A DNA stretch of 64,000 nucleotides from Eledone cirrhosa (Eukaryota), in contig OZ024742.1 in NCBI GenBank assembly GCA_964016885.1, positions 225,246,001-225,310,000 on the forward strand, in the 5' to 3' direction. The position numbers were made by a program, and so were the translations under genes. The number at the start of each line of letters is the position of its first letter. Position 1 is the stretch's first letter. Positions 13,523-27,171 of this stretch are shown piece after piece. Under the pieces are notes generated by a model. That model did no database searches and was not told the origin of the DNA. It saw only the letters and a list, made by a program, of their open reading frames with translations.

Positions 13523-14483
13523 GAAGAAGAAGAAGAAGAAGAAGAAGAAGAAGAAGAAGAAGAAGAAGAAGAAGAAGAAGAAGAAGAAGAAGAAGAAGAA
13601 GAAGAAGAAGAAGAAGAAGGAGGAGGAGGAGGAGGAGGAGGAGGAGAAGAAGAAGAAGAAGAAGAAGAAGAAGAAGAAGAAGAAGAAGAAGAAGAAGAAG
13701 AAGAAGAAGAAGAAGAAGAAGGAGGAGGAGGAGGAGAAGGGAGGGGGAGGGAGGAGGAGAGGAAGAAGAAGAAGAAGAAGAAGAAGAAGAAGAAGAAGAA
13801 GAAGAAGAAGAAGAAGAAGAAGAAGAAGAAGGAGGAGGAGGAGGAGAGAGGAAGGGGGGGAGGAGGAGAGGAAGAAGAAGAAGAAGAAGAAGAAGAAGAA
13901 GAAGAAGAAGAAGAAGAGGAGGAGAAGAAGAAGAAGAAGAAGAAGAAGGAGGAGGAGAAAGAAGAAGAAGAAGAGAAAGAAGAAGAAGAAGAAGAAGAGA
14001 GGAGGAGAAGAAGAAGAAGAAGAAGAAGAAGAAGAAGAAGAAGAAGAAGAAGAAGAAGAAGAAGAAGAAGAAGAAGAGCAGAGAGGAGAGAGAAGAAGAA
14101 GAAGAAGAAGAAGAAGAAGAAGAAGAAGAAGAAAGAAGAAGAAGAAGAAGAAGAAGAAGAAGAGGAGGAGGAGGGGGGAGGAGGGGGGAGAAGAAGAAGA
14201 AGAAGAAGAAGAAGAAGAAGAAGAAGAAGAAGAAGAAGAAGGAGAAGAAGAAGAAGAAGAAGGAGGAGGAGAAGAAGAAGAAGAAGAAGAAGAAGAAGAA
14301 GAAGAAGAAGAAGAAGAAGAAGAAGAAGAAGAAGAAGAAGGAGGAGGAGGAGAAGAAGAAGAAGAAGAAGAAGAAGAAGAAGAAGAAGAAGAAGAAGAAG
14401 AAGAAGAAGGAGAAGAAGAAGAAGAAGAAGAAGAAGAAGAAGAAGAAGAAGAAGAAGAAGAAGAAGAAGAAGAAGAAGAAGAA
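13523..14483. repeat. ~960-bp (GAA)n/(GAG)n polypurine array
   Basis: Directly visible; it explains the poly-E/K/R ORFs. Confidence 0.95.
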
Positions 14484-14751
14484 GCCAGTTGCCATCAGAG
14501 CCTGGGGAACTGTGACTAAGAATCTGAAAATACACATGAAACTGGGAGTGGATGGAAAGTTCTTGACAAAAAGTGAGGACAACTATGAAGGGCATGGATG
14601 GACTTTAACTGGTTTGAAGCCCGTTAGATGAACTGTATCTGTGATTTAAAGGGCTGTCTATTCATACACTGTATTCATACGCTGAATCTCCCTGAGAATT
14701 ACGTTTAGCGCACACGTCCCTAAGGAATGCTAATTCATTTGAAATAGTGAT

Positions 14752-15290
14752 TGCGGTGGATTGGCAGTATCGGTACAGTGTCGGACAACATGCTTTATGG
14801 CATAGAGTTACGCCCCTTTACGATCTGAGTTCAAATCATGCCGAGGTTAGCTTTGCCTTTCATCCTTATGGGGTCGATGAAATAAAGTACCAGTAATGCA
14901 CTAGGGTAGATTTAATCGACTTTCCCCTCCCCTCCAAATTATTGGCCTTGTGCCTAAATCAGAAAATAATATAATTGTTTCTACTTTTGGCACAAGGCCA
15001 GCAATTATACCAGTGCATTACTGGTACTTTATTTTATCAACCCCCCCCCCCTCCCCATAGGAATGAAAGGCAACGTTAACCTCGGCGGAATATAAACTCA
15101 GACCGTAAAGGGCCGTAGCTCTATGCTTCAAAGCATAGCATCCGACCCTCTACCGATACTGCCAGTCTATCAGAAAATAATCGTTTCTACTTTTGGCACA
15201 AGGCCAGCAATTACGCCAGTGCATTACTGGTACTTTATTTTATCGACCCCGTAAGGATGAAAGGCAAAGTTAACCTCGGCGGTTGTCTAT
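14752..15290. mobile_element. tRNA-SINE (+) followed by inverted partial copies (-)
   Basis: Same family as 9520-10425; tail-to-tail junction near 14973. Confidence 0.75.
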
Positions 15291-15556
15291 CAGAAAATAA
15301 TATAATACAAGATTGACTGTACCTGTAATTCAGTTTCTCATGCAGAATGGCCCTGGGAATTCGATTAAGGGTATCTATAGAATGTATATCCGCTGACACT
15401 AAAATACAAGATGAACTGTATCTATAAGGACCAACCTTGTCACCCACTGTGTCACACTGAATATCTTTGAGGATTACGTTAAGGATATATGTATCTGTAG
15501 AATGCACATCCACCTCCACGTTAATTTCAAGATCAGTCTGTTCCGTATTGAGATTG

Positions 15557-15628
<72 letters not shown>

Positions 15629-15679
15629 TCTCTCTCTCTCTTTCTCTCTCAATCTATCTATCTATCTATCTATCTATCT

Positions 15680-16022
15680 CCCACTTTGGAAGAAGGATGG
15701 AGAGAGAGATGCTGTACCCCAGCAAGTTTTATGAAAGGTGGGTGAAAGTGGCGAGAATGGCCCGAGTGATATCAGCCTGTAGATTGAGGAAAAGGAGGAG
15801 GAGAGGAAGGGAGTACAAACTCTTCGTACTCCTGGAGATGAGGGTTGCACATTTTTTTCGGGGGTATGTGTTACCCATATGAACTGTCTCCCCCTATTGG
15901 GGAAAATCGACTAATTTTTTTTAATTGCATTTGTGATAATATTTTACACGTTTTTATTGTATGTAAACTTCCCCCTTTGTATTTGTCCCCTTCTTTTGTG
16001 CCCCTGTGGCTAATAAAGAAAC
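15680..16022 (+). mobile_element. Short 3' fragment of the Tx1 LINE inserted in (ATCT)n
   Basis: HFGRRMEREMLYPSKFYERWVKVARMARV matches the C-terminus of the 39287 ORF; AATAAAGAAA end. Confidence 0.8.
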
Positions 16023-16546
16023 ATATCTATCTCCTCTCCACCACCACCCTTTCTCTCTCTGGGAGAAATCGACTATGTTCCGACCTAGAGAGGAATGAGC
16101 TCCGCCCAAATCACGCTGTATGTCAGGATGTCGTCCCCTACGGCTCCATCAACAGTTAAGCGTCCATGGATGATTTGTTTTTCTTTACAAAAGTTTCCTG
16201 ACCTTAACAATATCGTTTACAGGAGTTGTCGACCTTTGATTCAGCTCTCTGCAGCGTAAGATCCGCTGTTTAAAACAATAAATCCTTTACATGAATAGTG
16301 TCTAGGATAAACTTGATGATATTTACACGATAAACAGAACTAGTGATAGAAAGTAAAATAACGTGCAGCTAAAAATACCAACACACACGAAGGTCGTCAA
16401 TTAAATGGCTCTTATAATTAATACATGTCTATTGGTTTCTGTCTCTACATGTTCTTGGAAAGGAATACATACACGTACACACACATACACAAACATACAC
16501 AGATATGTATACATATATATGCATGTATCTGGCTACACATTTCTGC

Positions 16547-16578
<32 letters not shown>

Positions 16579-16581
16579 ATA

Positions 16582-16642
<61 letters not shown>

Positions 16643-16694
16643 ATATAAATATATATATATATATGTGTGTGTATGTTTATATATATATGCGTGT

Positions 16695-16771
<77 letters not shown>

Positions 16772-16804
16772 TATATATGTGTGCGTGTATATATATATAT
16801 ATAC

Positions 16805-16895
<91 letters not shown>

Positions 16896-16945
16896 TATAT
16901 ATGTGTGCGTGTATATATATATATACATCTATATATATACATATA

Positions 16946-17023
<78 letters not shown>

Positions 17024-17035
17024 AATATATATATG

Positions 17036-17107
<72 letters not shown>

Positions 17108-17131
17108 TGTATCTGGCTACACATTTGTGTG

Positions 17132-17182
<51 letters not shown>

Positions 17183-18104
17183 TCACACACACATATACAC
17201 ATGCGGTAGTTTAATCTTTGGTCAAGAAAATGTCTCCTTTGATTTCCTATTTGGTGGTGGTGGTGGCAATGACGATGGAAGTGTAGCAGCTATGGCGGTG
17301 AAGAAGGAATACAAGTTCCTCTGTTGTGACCGGCAGATGTCTAATGAAAAATAAGATGATGGAATGAGACTGGCAAATAGTAAATGCACGTCTTCATTTC
17401 CGCCATCATGCCGTGTCTTGAAGCAGAGGTATTTAGTAGATTCCCACCGTAAAAACACCGGACATTCTGTGTCCTTTTATTTGCTAAGTCCATGCTATTT
17501 TCCCAATTAAACAAGACTTCTAATAGACTCGTAATATATATAATATAGAGAGAGAACAATTCAAACAAGGGTTGTCAAACAACTTCGTTATTCATCATGG
17601 TCGTGTGGCTTGCTAGTAAGTAACATCCCTTCTCTCGCCTTTTCTCTTCTCTGTTATATTATATTATTGAGTATAGCAGATTGATATTTTACTGGCGGTC
17701 TTTATGTATGTATGATATGTCTATATAAATGTGGGTGTGAGTATGCTTGTATGTAAGTGCGGATGTGTGCATGTGTATAGACAAACTTAAATAGATAGAT
17801 AGATAGCTAGATAGAAGTGTGTGTATGTTTGTATATGTGAGTGTGCTTGTGTGTGCGTGCACGTGTTTCCGTGTGTTTCTGTATTTTTGTGTGTGAGTGC
17901 GTATGTGTGTACATATATGTGTATATGTATATTTGTGAAAACGTGTACTTGTGTATGTATGTGTGTCTGCATATTATATATATATATATATGTGTGTTTA
18001 TATGGATCTGTGCATATGTGTGTGTGTACATATACGTGTGTATATGTATATGTGTAACTATGTGATTACGCATCTGTGTGTGTATCTGTGTAGATGTGTG
18101 TATG

Positions 18105-18144
<40 letters not shown>

Positions 18145-18639
18145 CTCCGGATAAAATTTTCAATGAACCCTCCGTAAATTAAACCCAGTATTTGACTGAT
18201 ACTTTATTTTATCGACCCCAGAAGGATGAAAGGCAAAGAACCAGAACAAATAACGCATTGGTATTTTATCAGATGCTCTACTAATTCTGCCAATCCATAA
18301 ACGTTCGCTGAACTCAAGTGAAACAACACAAAGTTGAACCCGGTATTCTTAATTCGTTGGCTCAAAAATGCGACCAGAGTGAGAAAATGAGCCACGAAGA
18401 AAAAATTACTCAAACATATTTAACCAATTATTAGTGAGATATAGGCGACGAATTCGCAGAGTCGTTAGAACGTCAGATAGAATACTTTGCAGCATTCATT
18501 CTAACTCTCTGTTCAAATCTCGCCGTATTGAGTGTGTTACTGTGGTTACCCTCGATTTAACCCGGAACTCACATATGTGTATGTATGTATATATGTATGT
18601 ATAGTCTTGTAGAAGCCAATTCTATATCAAACTTGATAT

Positions 18640-18721
<82 letters not shown>

Positions 18722-18731
18722 GATATATACA

Positions 18732-19571
<840 letters not shown>

Positions 19572-19739
19572 TATATATATATAATTATAAGTTTGAAGAA
19601 CAGTCAGACAAAATTTATCTAATTCCTTTCCTCCTTAGTCCGTAGAAATCAACCGGATAAATAATCATTTAAACGGAGCTAAGTTTAAAATGCAACTTTG
19701 AAGAAATAACAGATAAATGCCACTAACACACACACACAT

Positions 19740-21385
19740 ACACCATTAGCTAAGATCTTTCTTTCCCTTATTACGAAGCATTTTCCCCCTACACATAAAT
19801 ATAGTAAAATTTTTAATAGAAATACTATTAAAATGTCTTACTCTACGACTCCTAACCTTGCACATAACATCACAGCTTCAAATTTAGCTAAACTACCTAG
19901 CCGTAGGAACACGTGCAACCCTGTAGTTAGTACTAACTGTAATTGTAGGAATCGGGTTGATTGCCCCCTATCCGGGAAATACCTCTCTAGTAACATTGTC
20001 TACAAATGTAAGGTTGTAACACCCACGTCCCTTAGGGCCTACATAGGGTTAACCGCCAATAGATTCAAGCAGCGTCTTTACATGCATACCCATTCTTTTC
20101 GTTACCCTCTAAGAAGGAATATGACGTCACTTTCAGCTTATATCTGGAGTCTAAAAGACAACCACACCCAATATAAGTTACACTGGGAGATCCTAGCTAG
20201 GGCTAGATCGTATAACGGAAATAAAAGACCATGTGACCTCTGCGCCGCTGAGGCCCTGGAAATACTCTACGCCACAGACCACATCTTAAACAAAAAATCT
20301 GAGGCAATTTCGGCTTGTAAACATAAATTGCACAAAACTTTCCTGTATTACAGCCCCACGTTATACCCTAACGGATAGTACGATCTATACGTGGATATTT
20401 TACGTCTTGATGTGGGAGCTAAGTATATGTTTTGTTTATACCTTTACTTATTTGCATAGGTAAGTATATATTACCCGTATGTTTTGTGAAGGTACGTATA
20501 CCTTCTCGTACGTATATTTGATTGTTATGGCGTATAATTTTATATATTCTGGTACATATGGTTTGGCTATGTGTATACGGGAGTTTTGCGTCTGTGTGAG
20601 TATGCAGGTTCGTACGTATGTAGGGTGTGTGTATATGTGTACTTCATGTTTTGGTTGACTTACTTCTCCGAACATTCGTGTATTTACATGTAGGTATGTG
20701 TGTGCGCTTGTTATATACGTATTTATTTATTTATATACGTTTATATAATTATTTATTTATTTGTATACACGCATACACACACACACATATTTATATGTGC
20801 GTGGTTTTGTATACCTATGATAAGTTTTTGCGTATGCTTGTGTATGTACGTATTTGTTTGCGTGTATGTATTTATTTATTTCTATTACTTCTGTATTGTA
20901 TTTATTTACTTTGTTCTTAACTCTGTAGCGGAGATTCATTCGGTCTCCTAGTTAGAATTTTAGTCTACGACTTCTGCTATACCATTTACGTGGTTTTGTC
21001 TTTGCGTGCTATTGTTCTCCACGCACCACATATGACGTATTATCTTCGTTTTTTTTCGTTCATTGCCAGAGAACGTCTCTATGCACCACCTAAGAGAACA
21101 TTAGTCTACGACCTCCTTTATACCATAAACGTGGTTCTGTCTTTGCGCGTAATTGTTTTTCACCGCTCCTATTAATGACGTATTATATTCGTTTTTTCCC
21201 GTTCTTTGCCAGCGAACGTTTCCACGAACCAAAGTATCGTCTTCCTGTCTTCCTCCGGTTGCAACGTTTTTTGAAATATCCAGTTCTGCGTTTACAGATT
21301 GACTTTGTTAGTTTCAGAAGATCCCGTTAAGGGTGAAAGCAGCGATTCTTTGCTTAAACTTTAATCTGTTATTTTAATAAATATA
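19740..21385 (+). mobile_element. 5'-truncated Penelope-like element (Naiad-type GIY-YIG) with HHR-bearing 3' pLTR
   Basis: KHFPPTHKY..IFNRNTIKMSYS, CNCRNRVDCPLSG, IVYKC..AYIGLT..FKQR...H, CDLC..E, CKH (ORF 19833-20378), then 3'UTR and pLTR at 20930-21385. Confidence 0.85.
21310..21360 (+). ncRNA. Hammerhead-like motif with CAGAAGA core (family A; also 19125-19175 +, 21423-21473 -, 37243-37293 -, 37955-38005 +, 50781-50831 +)
   Basis: AGTTT CAGAAGA T CCC GTTAA GGG T GAAA GCA...TGC TT AAACT: stems I, II and III all pair. Confidence 0.6.
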
Positions 21386-22734
21386 TATATAATTATATAT
21401 ATTTATTGAAATAACATATTAAAGTTTAAGCAAGGAATCGCTGCTTTCACCCTTAACGGGATCTTCTGAAACTAAAAAAAAAATCAACGCAGAAGTAAAT
21501 ATTTCGAAAAACGTTGCAACCGAAGGAAGATAGGAAGCCGATACTTTGGTTCGTGGAAACGTTCCCTGGCAAAGAAAGAGAGAAAAAACGAAGATAATAC
21601 GTCATTATTTGGAGCGGTGAAAACAATTACACGCAAAGACAAAACCACGTTCATGGTATAACTGAAGTCGTTGACTAAAATTCTATTTAGGAAACCGAAT
21701 GATTCTCGGCTTCAGAGTTAAAATAATGCTCTACGGTTCTTATATATTTGATATATATTTATCCTTATCGAGCCCTCTTTGGATTTTACTCTTCAAATTT
21801 ATATATAGAGAGAGAGGGGGAGAAATGGTGAAGTTGGAAATAGCACGGAAAATATATTTAAGGATCTGTTTTTCTTTTTTGATTCGTCAAAGTGACATTA
21901 TTGAAAAGATAGCATTATTGAATAAAAGGAGAGGGACAATTCTTTTTAAAATTACCGGCTTTGATATATTATTAAAATCCATCTTATCAAATGTTGAGTG
22001 TTGAAATACAAATTTAAAAGAATTAATAGGAGTTAAAAACTGAGGATTTAAAATTAAAATCAAATGTTTGGAGTAAATTTTCTTCCATCCTTCTTGCTCA
22101 AAATTTGGTGGTAAGTGAAGGTAGCAGTAGTTGTGTTTCTTCACAGAAGACAGTTGTATTTTGAAAAACATCCTGTGTGTATATTGTATTAATTGAGTTC
22201 AAAAGGGGATGGAGGATTGTAAGTTAGAGGTAAGTTCTGTAGAAGCAGCAGGAGGAGTGTAGGAGAAATTCTATTATTGGAATGTGGTTTTAGGAATGTG
22301 TGTGTATATATAGAGAGAGAGATTGAGGGTGTATATATAACAATACATACACATGTGTATGTGTGTATTTTCAGGCTGTCTGTCACAGTCCCTTTAGCAA
22401 TACACACATGTGTGTGGAGGGGGAGGGGGGTTGTGTGTGTTTTTGCAGCATGTCTGTCACAGATCCCTTTGTGGTGGGAAATTAAGAATTTTTTTTCTTT
22501 CAAAATTCAGAAAATTGTCAAAAATTAAAAACTAAAATCCAAAGGATTCTCAGAATCCAAAAATTTTATTTTATTTTTTATTTTTTATTTTTTATTTTTT
22601 ATTTTTTATTTTTTAAAAGAAGCCAGAGAGAGTATCAGTAGCAGTAACTTCTGCAATGAGTAATTTTTTCCTATTTTGTGCTGTGTGTGAGTGTGTGCGT
22701 ATATATATGTATATCTAAAGTCTAAAGTCTGTCT

Positions 22735-23001
22735 TAAGCCAGAAGGCTCATTTGGCCGGTGCTTATCTCAGTTTCATGGCGTGAAGTGACTGAGAGTACA
22801 AGACTCCCCCCTGGACAGGATGCCAGTCCATCGCAGGATTAAACCTCCAGCTATTGCTGGTACTCATTTTCAGCTGAGTATACTGGAGCAACGTGAAATG
22901 AAGTGTTTTGCTCAAGAACACAACACGCAACCCAGGAATCGAACCCACAACATTATGATCGTAAGTCCAACACTCTTAGCCCTAGGCCACGTGCCTCCAC
23001 C
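22735..23001 (-). mobile_element. tRNA-derived SINE, second family (related head at 33686-34020 +)
   Basis: Head GGAGGCACGTGGCCTAG...GGTTCGATTCC, TTGAGCAAAACACTT core, V-domain-like GATGGACTGGCATCCTGTCCAGGGG. Confidence 0.7.
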
Positions 23002-23939
23002 CATATATATGTATATACATATATATATATAACAATGCACATATGTGGGGGGGGGTGTTTTTCAACCTGTTTGTCACAGATCCCTTTGTGGTGGGAAATT
23101 TTAAAATGTTTCCACAAAATTCAGAAAATTGTCCAAAACTAAAACTTATTTTGTGATGTGGGCGGGGGGGGGGGGGTCTAATGGGGGTGATTACAAATTT
23201 AGTTTTGGTTTAAATTTGCTAATAAATAGTTTTTCCTTATTTATTCTTTGTTGTTGATTGAAAGACTCGGAGCACTTGTAAAGGGGGAAGATTTAAGTAG
23301 CCACATTGCAGATTGTGCAGGAATGACTCTACCCAACTTTAAAATCTTCCCCCTTTACAAGTGGTCCGATATGGGTATCAGGTATAGACTACTCCATTCA
23401 ATGGAAAGCCATCACTAAGTCCAAGCCATACGCAAGGAGCAATCCATCTTGTGGACTGTGTATTGAAGAAAGGATAAATATTCTAAGGAGATTACGCACT
23501 AGCGATTGCATAAATTCCAGAAATGAGATCTTCTCACATTGTCCACATATCTGGAAACACCTCTTGAATAACTACAAAGATCCGGATTGAATAACAACAT
23601 TCTAATTTTCTAATAAACTCGAACATCTTTTCCGGACTTTCGCAGTTATCTCCCTTACACCTTTCACCCGTGGCTCTGTATCGCTTGGGTGAAGTGACCG
23701 GTCCTGCGCATGCGCGTCCATACGGTTGTTCTTCCTGTTCCGTTTAAACATGACCAGTCCTAGCTGAAGATCCACTAAGGTGAAAGAATTGTTCTCGGTA
23801 TGGTGAACTAACTGTTGTGTTACTACTGATATATATATATACAGTGAGTGTGTTCTGTTATTATTTCTGGCAATATTATTACAACAATATGACCCTCCCC
23901 AAGTATAACAATATATATATATATATATGTGTGTGTGTA

Positions 23940-23971
<32 letters not shown>

Positions 23972-24065
23972 TATGTGTGTGTGTGTGAGTGTGTGTGTGT
24001 GTGCGTATGTATGTGTGTGTGTGCATATATATGTGTGAGTATATATATATATATGTATATATATA

Positions 24066-24181
<116 letters not shown>

Positions 24182-24767
24182 AAGTATTAAAAAAATAATA
24201 AATAAAACAATGAAACAGTTCCTTATATTAAACAAAAAAAGTTCATTATTTAACGATCGTTTCTAGGACATATATGTGTTAGAATTGGTATGCATATTCA
24301 ACAGATCTATGTACAAAATTATACAAAATTATACAAATTATCAAATATAATATACATACCAACACATACATATGCCGTCTTCAGAAATAATGAAATATAT
24401 TTATTGATAATAACAACAATTCAAAATTACAGGTCTGTTTGGGAACAGAGTTCAAATTGACCAATGAAATACACAAAAATATATCAAGAAAATACAGTTA
24501 GGTGTGTGTATATATGTAAGTAACTTCGTTCACAGATATGCATAAAAATATATGTTCACATGCATACGCATGTCGAAAAAATGTATGTAAATACAAAAAT
24601 TCAGGGCTAATGTCTCTGTATGTTTATAATCTACAGATAAAATACACATACGCATATAAACATATATAGATTCATATATACACACATATACATACATTCA
24701 CACACACACGCGCAAATACACATAAACATACACATACCCACGAACATACACACACACACACACACAC

Positions 24768-24802
<35 letters not shown>

Positions 24803-25058
24803 GTATATATTATTATTATAACTATATGTATATTAAGGCGCACACATAAACACTGCCACATATATTTTTATATCCAGATGCAGAAGTGGGTAAGGGGGTC
24901 AGTAATTACTAAGGGTGTCAGAGAACTGCCTATTTATAAAATGTATCTATAAATTTAGAAATAAAAAGAAATATATTAAAAAAAATATAAGCAAGTAAAA
25001 TATATACTCATACATAAAATACACACCGATATACATATATATATATATACATATACAT

Positions 25059-25149
<91 letters not shown>

Positions 25150-25393
25150 TATACACACATACATATATACATACGTACATACATAGAGACACATACATAT
25201 ACATATATAAATACATAGACACACATACAAACACACATATATATATACATATATTCACAACACACATACATATATACACATATATGTACACACACATACA
25301 CACATACATATATATACATATATACATACACACACATATATATACACACATATATACACACATATATACATACATATATATACATACACACAC

Positions 25394-25426
<33 letters not shown>

Positions 25427-25632
25427 TACATATACGTATATATACACACACATACACATATCCATGTATGTATATACACATACAACCACACGCTCACACA
25501 ACTCAGACATACATAAATAAAGAGATATACATACACACATATACACAAATATATATATATATATATATAGATAGATATATACATACACATAAATATATAT
25601 ACACACACACACACACACATATATACATACAC

Positions 25633-25765
<133 letters not shown>

Positions 25766-26635
25766 AAATAAATAAATAAATAAATACACACAGTCAGACA
25801 ATTATGCACATATATATATATATATATACACATACACACATCTCTACAAATATATATATACACATACACACGCACACATACATATATACATACACACATA
25901 TATATATATAGACATATATATACACACATATATATACATATATATACATATATATACATACATACATATATATATATATACAATCATAGACACTTATTTA
26001 CATGCGCACATATGTATTTTTATACTCACATACAAACACCCAAACATACATACCTACCTACATACACATACATACATCCACGCTTACAAATACAAATAAT
26101 TATAGGGGTGGGGAGAGGATTAAAATTATTAGTGGGAAATAGTAAATATAGGTTTCAAGGAACATAGAATATTAATCTGCATTTAGATCATAATATATGT
26201 TTACATAGTAGTTTCAGTATTAGGAAATGTAAGAAAGAAGGCAAAATTATGCATTTTAATATAAGTAGACTATTAATTAAAGGTTAACTAAATTAAAAAT
26301 AGTTAATATATTGATTTCTAAGGTGTATACTACTTAGGTTTATAATTTTTGAAGCGGAATTTTGAAGTTAAACAGTAGTAGAGTATTAATTATAGCATAA
26401 CCAAATTAAAATATTAACATTATGGTATCAATATTAGGAAATGAATTTAGTAATAGGGAAAACCAAATCAAGTATTTCATCGGTAGTAGAATATAAATTA
26501 TAGGTTAACTAAATTAAAAATTATATATTAATTTCTATAGTATATGTTAATTAGGTTTATAATAATTAAAGCAGATTTTGTATTTTATCTATAGTAGAAT
26601 ATAATTATAGGTTAACAAAAATTAAAAATAATATA

Positions 26636-26711
<76 letters not shown>

Positions 26712-27171
26712 ATTGTAAAGAATATATTAATTAGGTATATATTTAAAAGTTTATCTCAGTTTATGATTACATGATATTCTGCAATCCATCTGTATTGGAA
26801 TTTTAATTTTAAGCTAATTAAATTAAAATTATAGGTTAACTAAATTAAAATTAATTTATAAATAAATTTCTAAATTGTACATTAATTAGGTTTATAATAT
26901 CAAAAAATATTTCTCTGTTATTGATTACACGATATTTTGTTATATTTCATCTGTAAAGGAATTTTAATAAAAGGTTAAATAAACTAAAATTAATCTATAA
27001 ATTAATTTACAAAGTATATATTAATTATGTTAATAATATTTAAAAGTTTTTCACAATTTATGATTACACAATATTTTTTAATCTCATCTGTATTAGAATT
27101 TTAATTAAATTAAATTTATAGGTTAACTACATTTAAATTAAATTATATATTAATTTCTAAAATATATATTA

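Noticed and set aside
13407-14595. 330-370 aa poly-E/K/R/L/F ORFs
   Set aside because: Translations of the (GAA)n array.
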